From assembly GCA_900322165.1 (NCBI GenBank), contig ONYR01000005.1, forward strand, positions 1-25,144: a stretch of DNA of 25,144 bases, in the 5' to 3' direction. The notes beneath the pieces are model-generated. The model saw nothing but the letters and a program-made list of their open reading frames with translations. It was not told where the DNA came from and did no database searches. Positions 1 through 9,223 of this stretch are shown here, piece after piece. How positions within the stretch are numbered: the first letter of the stretch is position 1; each line of letters begins with the position of its first letter. The DNA comes from an uncultured Eubacteriales bacterium. GTDB lineage: Bacteria; Bacillota; Clostridia; Lachnospirales; Bianqueaceae. The translations under genes and the position numbers were made by a program.

Positions 1-2
1 TG

Positions 3-869
3 GAGGATCTCAAACGCGTTAATTCCTCCAAAATCGAAGAATTTCTCGATTATGTGACTTACTACAACAACCGCGAAGACAAGGAATTCTCGAACGGAGA
101 AAACGGAAAAGCGAGGAAGCTGGCAGCGGTTCGCAGTCTGTTTAAATATCTGTACCGTCATGAGCAGCTTCCGTCCAACCCGGCTTCCCTTGTCGGAACA
201 CCGAAGATCCATGAAAAAACGATCGTTCGCATGGATGTCGATGAGATCGCTCGGTTCCTGGACGGAGTTGAATCCGGTGAAAAGCTGACTAAAAAACAGC
301 AGGCATTCCACAAGGCCAGCAAGGTCCGTGATCTCGCAATCATGACCTTGCTTCTCGGCACCGGTCTTCGTGTTTCCGAGTGCGTCGGACTGGATATCCG
401 CGACGTAGATTTTAACCATAACGGCGTTCATATCGTCCGTAAGGGCGGAAATGAAGCGATCGTCTATTTTGGCAGCGAGGTTCGTGAAGCCCTGAAGGAT
501 TATCTTGTCGAGCGTCAGGAGATCCAGGCGCTTCCCGGCCATGAAAACGCCCTCTTTCTGTCGCTTCAGAAACGCCGGATCACTGTCCGCTCGGTCGAGA
601 ATCTTGTCAAAAAGTATTCCGAGAACGTCATTACGATGAAACACATTTCGCCTCACAAGCTCCGCTCTTCCTACGGTACTGAGCTGTACAATGAGACTGG
701 TGATATCTATCTTGTGGCGGACGTGCTCGGTCATAAGGATGTCAATACGACAAGACGGCACTATGCCCAGCTTGAAGATGCTCGCCGCCGCGAGGCTGCT
801 AAATATGTCAAGCTTCGCAGCGAAGATGATAAACCCGAGGGGAACGATGAACCCCCTAAGAGCGAATAA
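3..869 (+). CDS. xerC: Tyrosine recombinase, XerC-like (5' truncated by window edge)
   Basis: Frame is open from position 3 (EDLKRVNSSKIEEFLDYVTYY), so the GTG at 54 is internal. Catalytic set present: GLRVSE (Arg), VRKGG (Lys), HKLR (His-x-x-Arg), LGH, HY (Tyr). No mobile-element cargo beside it. Confidence 0.85.
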   Translation, partial: EDLKRVNSSKIEEFLDYVTYYNNREDKEFSNGENGKARKLAAVRSLFKYLYRHEQLPSNPASLVGTPKIHEKTIVRMDVDEIARFLDGVESGEKLTKKQQAFHKASKVRDLAIMTLLLGTGLRVSECVGLDIRDVDFNHNGVHIVRKGGNEAIVYFGSEVREALKDYLVERQEIQALPGHENALFLSLQKRRITVRSVENLVKKYSENVITMKHISPHKLRSSYGTELYNETGDIYLVADVLGHKDVNTTRRHYAQLEDARRREAAKYVKLRSEDDKPEGNDEPPKSE

Positions 870-877
870 ACGCAAAC

Positions 878-903
878 AAAAACCCGGATCACTCCGGGTT
901 TTT
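878..903. terminator. Bidirectional rho-independent terminator between xerC and the RNase E/G gene
   Basis: Perfect inverted repeat AAAAACCCGGA-TCAC-TCCGGGTTTTT between convergent stop codons. Confidence 0.9.
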
Positions 904-920
904 CATTTGTCTGTATTCAG

Positions 921-2120
921 TTATTGGGCTGATCCAAGACGGTCTTTCAGCGGTTTGTCCTTGCGTTCCCTCGCCATCTCGCAAAGCTGGAGCTTCGTAA
1001 ATCCGTAGACGGTCGTCTTTCTCAGGTCCGCGTCCAAAGCACTCTGAAGCGCTGCGAGCACTTTCCCCCTTGCCTCTTCCTTCTCCATATCGACAAAATC
1101 GATCAGGATGATCCCGGATAGGTCTCTCAGGCGGATCTGGCGCACGATCTCAGGGATAGCCGCTATATTGGCGGCTTCGATGGCCGTTTGTTTCTCTTCC
1201 CGGCTTCCCGAAAGCTTTCCCGTATTAACATCGATCGCGCAAAGCGCTTCGGTCTGTTCGATGAAGACGTAACCTCCGCCGTCGATCCAGACCTTCTTTT
1301 CAAGCGCTTCAGCCAGCTGGCTCGGGAGGCGGTAGATCTCCTGCAGATGCTGAGAAGCCTTGGCATCCCCGCTCTCATAAACACGGACTTTCTCAAGCCG
1401 TCCCGGATCGTGTACCTCAAGCTCGCCTTTCATTTCATCGATCGCAAGATCCCCGGCAAGAAGGATCTCCTCGGTTCGATGAAGCGGGACCGACTGCATA
1501 AACGAGAGCCAGACCGATCCGTTTTCGTGCAGCACCGTTCCCGTCTTGGCATATTTTGCCTTTTTCAAGATCTGATCGTAGACCCTGACAAGGCGAGATG
1601 CCTCTGTTTGCAGTTTAAAGGCCTCTATTCCTTCGCTTTCGGTGCGGATGACATAACCGGCCGTCTCACGCTTTTCAAAGCCTTCTGCGGCCGTTTTGAG
1701 CCGTTTTCGCTCTGCGGGGTCGGTGATCTTTTTGGAAACGCCGGTCGGCAGTTTTCCGTGAGACAGAACGACAAGATCGCCTCGCAGGCTGAAGCAGTCT
1801 GTCACCGCACATCCCTTAGATCCGACCGCGGCCTTTTTCACCTCGACGACCAGCTCCTGCCCGTTTTTGTAGGAAGACAGCGCGTCCTCCTCGAGCGGCA
1901 GGAAGGCCGGCTTTTCATCCCCGATCTCAACGAAAACGCCCGACAGGGAACGATTGACTTCACGGATCTGTCCCAGACGGATCTGTCCGGGAAGCGGCCG
2001 TTTCGCCTCATCGATCAGACGGAAATCAACCAGCTTCTCATTCTCGACAAGTGCACCGGCCAGATGATCCAGATAGCGAAAGACAAGGACTTTCAAATGC
2101 GGCACCGTTCGATCACTCAT
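921..2120 (-). CDS. rng: Ribonuclease E/G family (Rne/Rng) protein
   Basis: S1-like N-terminus (GVFVEIGDEKPAFLP), AIDVNTG and GIILIDFVDM with catalytic Asp residues, LCEMARER. Overlaps the upstream gene's stop. Confidence 0.92.
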   Translation of the reverse strand: MSDRTVPHLKVLVFRYLDHLAGALVENEKLVDFRLIDEAKRPLPGQIRLGQIREVNRSLSGVFVEIGDEKPAFLPLEEDALSSYKNGQELVVEVKKAAVGSKGCAVTDCFSLRGDLVVLSHGKLPTGVSKKITDPAERKRLKTAAEGFEKRETAGYVIRTESEGIEAFKLQTEASRLVRVYDQILKKAKYAKTGTVLHENGSVWLSFMQSVPLHRTEEILLAGDLAIDEMKGELEVHDPGRLEKVRVYESGDAKASQHLQEIYRLPSQLAEALEKKVWIDGGGYVFIEQTEALCAIDVNTGKLSGSREEKQTAIEAANIAAIPEIVRQIRLRDLSGIILIDFVDMEKEEARGKVLAALQSALDADLRKTTVYGFTKLQLCEMARERKDKPLKDRLGSAQ

Positions 2121-2814
2121 GGCATTCCCACAGGCGGTAGTCGGAATAATCTACCAGACCTTCCTCACTGCGGCCGAACATCCTTGTCCGGCAGATGGTT
2201 TCCTCATGCTGTCTTTCTTCGCAGCCGGCTTCCTGATACATCTTGGTAAGCAGCAGCTCCGGCTTCAGATTGGTCTCGCTGCCTCCCTCGCACTGCAGCA
2301 AAAGCGTATGATCGTCTTCCCAGACAACCTGGTGGATCAGAGGCTTCACGTCCACGTCGATGAGCTGTTTGCGGCCCTTGACCTTGCCGAGCTTTTTCAG
2401 CATGATCGCATCCTGGGAAAGCAGCTGATCCAGGATCGCCTTCATCGGCAGGTCTTCCGGGAACACGATGCGGTATTCATTTACCTTTACGAGCGACATG
2501 ATCGCGCTTTGCGTATCAGGGATCGTGCGTACGGCCTTCACGTGCAGGCCGTTAGGCAGTTCACGGGAAAGGTTTTCAAAGATCTCCCGATCCGACATTT
2601 CGTTTTCAATGCGGATCTCCATGATCTCGTTTTCACCGGACGCGCCGAGCGCCAGCGGACTGGCAAACGACATGTGCGGATGCGGATTAAAGCCCTGTGA
2701 GTAGCTGAGCTTGATGCCGGCACGCGTCATCGCGCGCTGCATGGTCCGCATCATATCGAGATGGCCGACAAAGCGAAGGCGGCCGTCTTTGGAAAAAATG
2801 ATCTGTTTTTTCAT
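2113..2814 (-). CDS. Radical SAM-linked protein (TIGR03936/DUF2344 type)
   Basis: FSKDGRLRFVGHLD and YSQGFNPHPHMSFASPLALG signature; directly downstream of the radical SAM gene; AAGGAGG RBS. Confidence 0.9.
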   Translation of the reverse strand: MKKQIIFSKDGRLRFVGHLDMMRTMQRAMTRAGIKLSYSQGFNPHPHMSFASPLALGASGENEIMEIRIENEMSDREIFENLSRELPNGLHVKAVRTIPDTQSAIMSLVKVNEYRIVFPEDLPMKAILDQLLSQDAIMLKKLGKVKGRKQLIDVDVKPLIHQVVWEDDHTLLLQCEGGSETNLKPELLLTKMYQEAGCEERQHEETICRTRMFGRSEEGLVDYSDYRLWECHE

Positions 2815-2827
2815 TTTTCAGCCCTCC

Positions 2828-4702
2828 TTACGCTCTCTCTTCGATGCAAACGCCGGTGTTGCAGATCTTCCGAATGCCGCAGGCGCTGCATTTTTCACGG
2901 CAGTTCGGCGTAACGATGCCCTGCTGGGCCAGTTCATATTCGCGGCGAAGGAAACGTTTGGAAACACCGATATCGATGTGCTCCCACGGGAACACCTCGT
3001 CCTCCTTACGCTCGCGGTAGCAATAGTATTCCAGCTCTGTCCCGGTCTCTTCGATCGCCTTTTTCCATGCGTTCTCATCAAACAGATCGGACCAGCTGTC
3101 AAAGCGGCAGCCGTTTTTCCAGGCTGCATACAGAAGATTGCCGGTACGTCTGTCTCCACGCGCCAGAAGGCCTTCCAGCGTGCTTAAGAAAGCATCATGG
3201 CACATGTAGCGCACCTTTCGGTTTTTGATCGCCTGATTCAGATACGATTGCTTCTCCATGTATTCCTCGTAGCCCGTCTGTGCGCACCACTGGAACGGCG
3301 TGAACGGCTTCGGAACAAAGAAGGATGTGGAAACCGTCACCGTGACGTCACGGGAGCGCTCTTCCTTCGGAATCTGATACCATTCATGGACGATCTTCGA
3401 TGCAAGATCCGAAATTCCCTGAACGTCTTCCATGGTCTCGGTCGGCAGTCCCAGCATGAAGTAAAGCTTCACGCGGTCCCATTTGCCGGAGAACGCCAGG
3501 CGGACACCGGTCAGGATCTCTTCTTCGGTAATTCCCTTGTTGATTACGTCGCGAAGGCGCTGCGTACCGCCTTCTGCGGCAAAGGTCAGTCCGCTCTTCT
3601 TGCCCTGTGCGAGCTCCTCCATCAGCTGAAGCGAGAACGCATCGACACGCAGCGACGGCAGTGAAACATTGACATGCGGATAGCGCTGGTGAATCTCTCT
3701 CAAAAGATCATAGAGCCCCGGATAGTCATTCGAGCTCAGTGACGTCAGCGACAGCTCATCATAACCGGTCGCCGCAAGCACGCGGTCGACCCAGGCAAGG
3801 ATGTTCTCCTTGCTGCGCATGCGCACCGGGCGGTAGATCATGCCGGCGTTGCAGAAACGGCAACCGCGGATACAGCCTCGGAAAATTTCCATCACCGCGC
3901 GGTCATGCACGATCTGCAGATAAGGAATGATCGGATGATCCGGGTAATCCAGCTCATCCATGTCCGTCGCGAGCACCTTGGTGATCTTCTCGGGATAAGC
4001 CGGATCGATCGGACGGATCGATTTGATTCTCGGCATATGGTCACATCCTTCGGCCGGATGATCCTCATATTCCACGTTGTAAAGGCTCGGAACGTACATT
4101 CCGGGCACCGTGGCCGCGATCTTCAGGAACTCACGGCGCGGTTTGCCGGCTTTTTTGTGAGCCGCATAGAGCTTAAACAGGTGCTCATACTCGACCTCAC
4201 CCTCGCCCATGTAATAGATATCGACAAAGTCCGCGAGCGGCTCAGGGTTGTAGGCATCCGGGCCGCCGGCAATGACAAGCGGATCCTTGTCGGTCCGGTC
4301 TTTCGAATACAGCGGGATCCGCCCCAGATCCAGCATGTTCAGAATGTTCGTGTAGGACATTTCATACTGGAGCGTGAATCCGACAAAATCAAATTCATAG
4401 AGCGGCGTAAAGGTTTCAAGTGAATACAGCGGGATATCATTCTCCCGCATCACCTGCTCCATATCCGTCCACGGCGCAAAGGTGCGTTCGCAGAAGACTC
4501 GGTCGTAGGAATTGATGCCGGAATACAGGATCTGAAGCCCGAGATGACACATTCCGACATCGTAGACGTCCGGAAAGCAAAAACAGAAATGCGTATCGAC
4601 CTCACTCAGGTCCTTGTAAACGGTATTAACTTCTCCTCCGATATAACGCGCCGGCTTCTGCACCGACAGAAGCAGTTTATCCGGTACATGAACAGTACTC
4701 AC
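2828..4702 (-). CDS. B12-binding/radical SAM protein (TIGR03960 type)
   Basis: CxxxCxxC (GCIRGCRFC), VQKPARYIGGE, FPDVYDVGMCHLG, FVPKPFTPFQW and a C-terminal Cys cluster. Start revised to GTG 4702, which follows AAGGAGG; the ORF track's extension to 4828 overlaps mgsA. Confidence 0.92.
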   Translation of the reverse strand: MSTVHVPDKLLLSVQKPARYIGGEVNTVYKDLSEVDTHFCFCFPDVYDVGMCHLGLQILYSGINSYDRVFCERTFAPWTDMEQVMRENDIPLYSLETFTPLYEFDFVGFTLQYEMSYTNILNMLDLGRIPLYSKDRTDKDPLVIAGGPDAYNPEPLADFVDIYYMGEGEVEYEHLFKLYAAHKKAGKPRREFLKIAATVPGMYVPSLYNVEYEDHPAEGCDHMPRIKSIRPIDPAYPEKITKVLATDMDELDYPDHPIIPYLQIVHDRAVMEIFRGCIRGCRFCNAGMIYRPVRMRSKENILAWVDRVLAATGYDELSLTSLSSNDYPGLYDLLREIHQRYPHVNVSLPSLRVDAFSLQLMEELAQGKKSGLTFAAEGGTQRLRDVINKGITEEEILTGVRLAFSGKWDRVKLYFMLGLPTETMEDVQGISDLASKIVHEWYQIPKEERSRDVTVTVSTSFFVPKPFTPFQWCAQTGYEEYMEKQSYLNQAIKNRKVRYMCHDAFLSTLEGLLARGDRRTGNLLYAAWKNGCRFDSWSDLFDENAWKKAIEETGTELEYYCYRERKEDEVFPWEHIDIGVSKRFLRREYELAQQGIVTPNCREKCSACGIRKICNTGVCIEERA

Positions 4703-4751
4703 GAAATCCTCCTTACCATGAAGCTTTTTCAGGCCTGAATCGTATTTGAGC

Positions 4752-4784
4752 AAAAAATCAGCGGCCTGCATCCCTGAAGGCCGC
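4752..4784 (-). terminator. Probable terminator after mgsA
   Basis: Minus strand GCGGCCT...AGGCCGC stem followed by TGATTTTTT, 10 nt past the mgsA stop. Confidence 0.55.
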
Positions 4785-4793
4785 CCCTTTCGA

Positions 4794-5195
4794 TCAATCT
4801 TTACTGTGAAACATTTCCCGCCAGTCAAGATCCCCTCGGTCCAGTCCGAGGATCAGCATTTCGGCGGTCGCTAAGTTTGTGGCAACCGGAATATTATGCG
4901 CATCGCAGTGCCTGAGAATATTGACCAGGCTCGGCTCGTTCGTTGCCGGATTATCCGGATCTCTCAGATAGATCACCATGTCAATATGATTGCTGTCGAT
5001 CTGCGCACAGAGCTGCTGCTCGCCAAAGGAACCCGTCAGCATTTTCTGAATCGGAAGGTTGGTCACCTCTTCGATTCGTCTGCCGGTGGTGCCGGTAGCC
5101 AGAAGTGTATGTTTTTTAAGAATATTCGAATAAGCAACACAGAAATTCTGCATCAGTGTTTTTTTATTGTCATGAGCGATCAATCCGATGATCAT
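4794..5195 (-). CDS. mgsA: Methylglyoxal synthase family protein with a degenerate active site
   Basis: IAHDNKK, ATGTTG, YLRDP and NIPVATNLATAE match MgsA; the usual SGPxGGD and HEPD motifs read TGSFGE and NEPS. Confidence 0.88.
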   Translation of the reverse strand: MIIGLIAHDNKKTLMQNFCVAYSNILKKHTLLATGTTGRRIEEVTNLPIQKMLTGSFGEQQLCAQIDSNHIDMVIYLRDPDNPATNEPSLVNILRHCDAHNIPVATNLATAEMLILGLDRGDLDWREMFHSKD

Positions 5196-5199
5196 CCGT

Positions 5200-6342
5200 T
5201 TACCTCCTTTTCCTATACCGTCGGTTTTCGCCTTCCATACGAAGCACGAGACCGATCGCAGCTATATTTGCTGTAAGGGAGCTGAGACCGTAGCTGACAA
5301 ACGGAAGCGGAAGCCCCGTGTTCGGCAGTACGGCAATCGTAACACCGATGTGAACCAACGCCTGAAAGGCGATCATCACGGCAGAGCCAACACAAATCAC
5401 ACGTCCGAAGACATTTTCTGTGTGGAATCCGAACCGCAGCATGCGGATCGACAAGAGAAAATACCACACAATGACAAGCGCTCCGCCAACAAAACCCAGT
5501 TCCTCTCCGATGACGCCGAAAATGAAATCGGTCGTCGCAATCGGAACCATTCCCGAATTGTGAAACAGTCCCTTACCGATCAGTCCGCCAGCACCGATGG
5601 CTGTTCTGGACTGAATCGACTGGTAAGCCGCTGTCAGGGCATAGTCCTCAGGATGAAGCCATGCAAGGATACGCTCCGCCTGATAAGGCGAAAGGATCCG
5701 CGGCGCCTCGCTGAGAGCATCGTGGAGAATCAGGTAAAGCCCGCCGGCAAACAGCAAAACCGCTGCCAGAATATAGGCCCAATGTACCTTTGCCGCGAAA
5801 AAGCAGGCAAAGACGACAGCCAGAATGACCAGCGACGTTGAGAGATCCGGTTCCCTGTAAACCAGATACAGCGGAAGCAGCGAAACGAGCGCCGCTCCGA
5901 GGATCACCAACGGGTGATACAGCTTTCCGCTGAACCGCTCAAAATACCACGCAAGGCACAGAATCAGCGCAATTTTGGCAAACTCCGAGGGTTGAATCGT
6001 GATATCCGTAAACAGCGGCAGCCACCGCCGGACATTATCCCCCGCTTCCGCTCCTTCTCCGAAGCGAAGCACCAGCAGAAGAAGCACGAGAACGGCAAGG
6101 TAAAACGGAATCGCAAGCGCTTTGAAAAAGCGGTACGGACAGATCCAGATGAGGTAAACGATCCCGCATCCGAGAACGAATCCTATGAGCTGTCTTACCA
6201 TCAGTCGGCTCAGTGAAATATGACGGCTGTCGTAAACCCACCCGCCGGCACTGCCGATCATGATGATGCCAAACAACACCAGAGCCGTCACCATGATCGA
6301 TACAGGGATGTCAAACAATCGACGGCTTTTCTGCGTATTCAT
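5200..6342 (-). CDS. rodA: SEDS family peptidoglycan glycosyltransferase RodA
   Basis: Polytopic membrane protein with RRW, IQPSEFAK, EPDLST, TDFIFGVIGEELG and GLPLPFVSYG; downstream of pbp2/mreBCD. Confidence 0.92.
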   Translation of the reverse strand: MNTQKSRRLFDIPVSIMVTALVLFGIIMIGSAGGWVYDSRHISLSRLMVRQLIGFVLGCGIVYLIWICPYRFFKALAIPFYLAVLVLLLLVLRFGEGAEAGDNVRRWLPLFTDITIQPSEFAKIALILCLAWYFERFSGKLYHPLVILGAALVSLLPLYLVYREPDLSTSLVILAVVFACFFAAKVHWAYILAAVLLFAGGLYLILHDALSEAPRILSPYQAERILAWLHPEDYALTAAYQSIQSRTAIGAGGLIGKGLFHNSGMVPIATTDFIFGVIGEELGFVGGALVIVWYFLLSIRMLRFGFHTENVFGRVICVGSAVMIAFQALVHIGVTIAVLPNTGLPLPFVSYGLSSLTANIAAIGLVLRMEGENRRYRKRR

Positions 6343-6418
6343 GGGGTCCTTCCGTTAGTTCCGTATTCGTGTGAAAATTTCGACAATGTCAGCCGCAAAA
6401 ATACGAATAATTATAGTT

Positions 6419-6447
6419 AAAATATCATCAAAGTGCCTATCTGTCAA
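6419..6447 (-). promoter_or_regulatory. Sigma-A-like promoter for rodA-mgsA, with -35 inside the pbp2 3' end
   Basis: Minus strand TTGACA (6447-6442), 17 bp, then TATTTT preceded by TGn; a second TATAAT at 6415-6410. Confidence 0.5.
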
Positions 6448-9223
6448 GAGAAATCCCATCATAGTTTAGTAGAATATTGATAAAAACAGGAATTGCGTTT
6501 CTCGATCCTCCACCAAACGGGATCATGACAGAGATCGTCACCTCCGGATTCTGATCGCTGGCATATCCGGTAAAGAGCGAATGATCCGGACGGCTCTCCA
6601 TTTCCTGTGCGGTACCGGTCTTTCCGCCGCAGTGGATCCCCATCGCTTCAAGGACCGCAAACTCTTCTCCATGGTCATCCGTGACCACTAAACGCATGCC
6701 GTCCCGAACGATCCGAAGGTTCGTTTCACTGATGACGTGCGTGGCTTTGGCTACAGGCTCAGCCCGGTACAGCACCGCGCCATCCGGCGAGTGGATCTCA
6801 TTGACTAAAAACAGATCATAGACGTTTCCGCCGTTGACAAGCGTCATCGTATACCGGTTCAGATTGGCGCACGAATACGCGCCGTCACCCTGACCGATCG
6901 CGGAGCGAACCGCGTCGAGCTCCGAAGGATGAGGCTCGGTCTCACTCAGCTCAATGCCCGTCTTCCCGGCAAGACCGAGAAGCTCCGCATAATGCCTGAG
7001 CTTCGCAAGTCCAACCGCATCGTTAAAGTCTCCTTTTTCATCCGGCTCAGACAGCCAGTAACCCACCTGATAGAAGAAATAGTTGCACGAATAATCGATC
7101 GCCTGGACAACGTTGATCTCGCCATGGCTGACACTGCTCCAGCAGACCGGCTGGCTTTCGGTATTGACATGCGGGAAGCGGTAATCATCGTAGACCGTCG
7201 TATCCTTCGTAATGACGCCAAGGTCAAGCGCGCACGCTGAGGTCAGCAGCTTGAACGTGGATCCGATCGCACGCATCTCGGAAAGGGCGCGGAAACTCAG
7301 CGGACCGGAATTATCCTGAATGATCTCCTCATAGTATTCATAGCTGTTCATAAACCGGTTCGGATCATAGGAGGGATAGCTTACCATTGCAAGCACTTCT
7401 CCGCTCATCGGATCCGTGATCACCACGGAACCGCTGCAGGGATCCAGATTGACGTCAGCCGGCGTGATCTCGTCCGCCATGATCTTCATCTGCAGCAGCT
7501 CAACGGTCGTGATCTCATCGTTCACGAGCATTTCCCTGCTCCCATCCTCATCGGAGAGCAGCCCCTGTTCGTACAAAAGCTCAAAGAAAAACGGCTCGGT
7601 GACCAGTCCCGTCTGAAGCAGGTAACGGTACAGGTACTCATGGAACTCCGGATCCTCACCGAGATTCTGAAGCTCCAGATCGAGAATATAGGTGATTGCC
7701 TGAGAGTCTTTCATCAGATGATTGCCGACCGCCAACATGCCGTTCGGTGCCGTATAGATCTCGTACGCCTCCAGATTCAGCACACCGTTTTCAAGGCAGT
7801 AGACAAAGAAATCGTACGGGCTGATCTTGCCCGCGAGATAATCCGGATAGAACGCTTCATCATCCTGATAGGCATAGGAAAGATATCCGCGGTCGCGCAT
7901 CGCTTCGATCAGCAGATCATAGAGATTCTTTTCCTCTTCGGACAATTCAGAAACAGGCTGTTTTGTCTCCAGAATCGACGTGCGAAGATCCAGCAGCGCG
8001 CTCTCTGAAGCATCATCATAGATCTCCCGGAAAATATCCATGTAATAGCCGGACCCGTTATCCAGGACCGAATCCGGGATAAAATGGTTCGCCAAAAGCG
8101 CACAAAGGATATCCTGCACACTGTAGGATTCCCCGTGCTCTCCGCTTTTTCCGGTAATTTTTTTAACCAAGAGGGTTTTGATCTGCTGATAAAGGGATTC
8201 ATAGGCCGCTTCCTGAAGATCCCGATCGATCGTCAGAAAGATACTGTTGCCTTCTTCCGCCGGCACCATGGTGACCTGATCGACGATCCGATCCCCGAGC
8301 GTATCGATCTCCAGACGAACCGTTCCCTGCTTACCGCGCAGGGTGGATTCATATTCAGCCTCGATCCCGGTTTTCCCGACGATCGCGTCCTCATCATACG
8401 ACCTTCCGGCACGCTCGGCCTCAGCCATCTCTTCTTCATCGATGCGCCCGACGTAGCCGATGATATGCGCGAAAAGCTCGCCCTCCGGATACACTCTGGT
8501 GTAAACAAGCTCCACCGAGAATCCGCTGAACTCCGCCGCACGTTCGACCATCTCCGCTTCCGTCTTTTCGGAAACGCTCCTCCCGATCCGAATCGGAGCC
8601 GACGGATCGAAGCGTCCTGAGAAGATCGCATAGCGAAGCTCTGTCAGCTCCCGATAGGTTTCAGCCGGAAGCTTTGGATCGATGCCGAACTGTTCCTCCG
8701 CCAGAATGCGCATCGCTTCCTGTGCACTTGTATTCTTTTGTTCATCCGTAAGACGATCCCGGCTGGTATTGTATACCTCAGCGAGAAAGTTGCCGTGCGC
8801 GACTTCGTTTTCACTTGTAAACGCCGGCTTATAATAACAGGTCCCATTTTCCGTAAATCCGATCGGGAAAACGACCGACGCGCCGATCTCGTCTCCGTTT
8901 TTCTCCGCCATATCCATCAGATCCAGCAAGGCCCGGTTCAGATCACGGTTTCCGGCCGAAGGCGTATAGATCAGGATCCGGCTTTCTTCATTGATGGCGA
9001 GCGGACGTCCGTACCGGTCATAGACCGCGCCTCGCTCTCCTTCGATCGAAACGGTTTCATAGCGGTTCTCCGCCTGGATCTCCACATAGTGTTCATAGTC
9101 CCGGATCTGCACCTGATACAGGCTCACAAGCAGCACGCCAAAAGCCGCTGCGATCACAGCGGTCAGCACCACGATGCGGTTGGAGACGATCTCCCACAGG
9201 CGAATCAGAATCTCTTTGATCAT
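6437..9223 (-). CDS. mrdA: Class B penicillin-binding protein 2 (elongation transpeptidase) with a large acidic insertion
   Basis: N-terminal TM anchor, ERGAVYDRYG, RVYPEG, GKTGIEAEYE; catalytic motifs STFK, SCN and KTG intact; ATGA overlap with mreD. Confidence 0.93.
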   Translation of the reverse strand: MIKEILIRLWEIVSNRIVVLTAVIAAAFGVLLVSLYQVQIRDYEHYVEIQAENRYETVSIEGERGAVYDRYGRPLAINEESRILIYTPSAGNRDLNRALLDLMDMAEKNGDEIGASVVFPIGFTENGTCYYKPAFTSENEVAHGNFLAEVYNTSRDRLTDEQKNTSAQEAMRILAEEQFGIDPKLPAETYRELTELRYAIFSGRFDPSAPIRIGRSVSEKTEAEMVERAAEFSGFSVELVYTRVYPEGELFAHIIGYVGRIDEEEMAEAERAGRSYDEDAIVGKTGIEAEYESTLRGKQGTVRLEIDTLGDRIVDQVTMVPAEEGNSIFLTIDRDLQEAAYESLYQQIKTLLVKKITGKSGEHGESYSVQDILCALLANHFIPDSVLDNGSGYYMDIFREIYDDASESALLDLRTSILETKQPVSELSEEEKNLYDLLIEAMRDRGYLSYAYQDDEAFYPDYLAGKISPYDFFVYCLENGVLNLEAYEIYTAPNGMLAVGNHLMKDSQAITYILDLELQNLGEDPEFHEYLYRYLLQTGLVTEPFFFELLYEQGLLSDEDGSREMLVNDEITTVELLQMKIMADEITPADVNLDPCSGSVVITDPMSGEVLAMVSYPSYDPNRFMNSYEYYEEIIQDNSGPLSFRALSEMRAIGSTFKLLTSACALDLGVITKDTTVYDDYRFPHVNTESQPVCWSSVSHGEINVVQAIDYSCNYFFYQVGYWLSEPDEKGDFNDAVGLAKLRHYAELLGLAGKTGIELSETEPHPSELDAVRSAIGQGDGAYSCANLNRYTMTLVNGGNVYDLFLVNEIHSPDGAVLYRAEPVAKATHVISETNLRIVRDGMRLVVTDDHGEEFAVLEAMGIHCGGKTGTAQEMESRPDHSLFTGYASDQNPEVTISVMIPFGGGSRNAIPVFINILLNYDGISLDR

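Noticed and set aside
3-869. Tyrosine recombinase as the integrase of a prophage or ICE
   Set aside because: Flanked downstream by housekeeping genes with no att repeat or cargo; it resembles the chromosomal XerC-like family. Upstream context is outside the window, so this is not fully excluded.
1188-2249. 353-aa plus-strand ORF
   Set aside because: Antisense to the RNase E/G gene; no protein-like features.
4703-4828. N-terminal extension of the radical SAM ORF
   Set aside because: It overlaps the mgsA stop and terminator; a perfect SD precedes GTG 4702.
6364-6409. TATTCGT/ACGAATA inverted repeat in the rodA leader
   Set aside because: Only 7 bp with a 32-nt gap in AT-rich DNA; compatible with chance.
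6437-9223. Unusually long PBP2 as a gene fusion
   Set aside because: The extra acidic segment lies between recognisable PBP2 parts with intact catalytic motifs; from memory such long class B PBPs are usual in this lineage.
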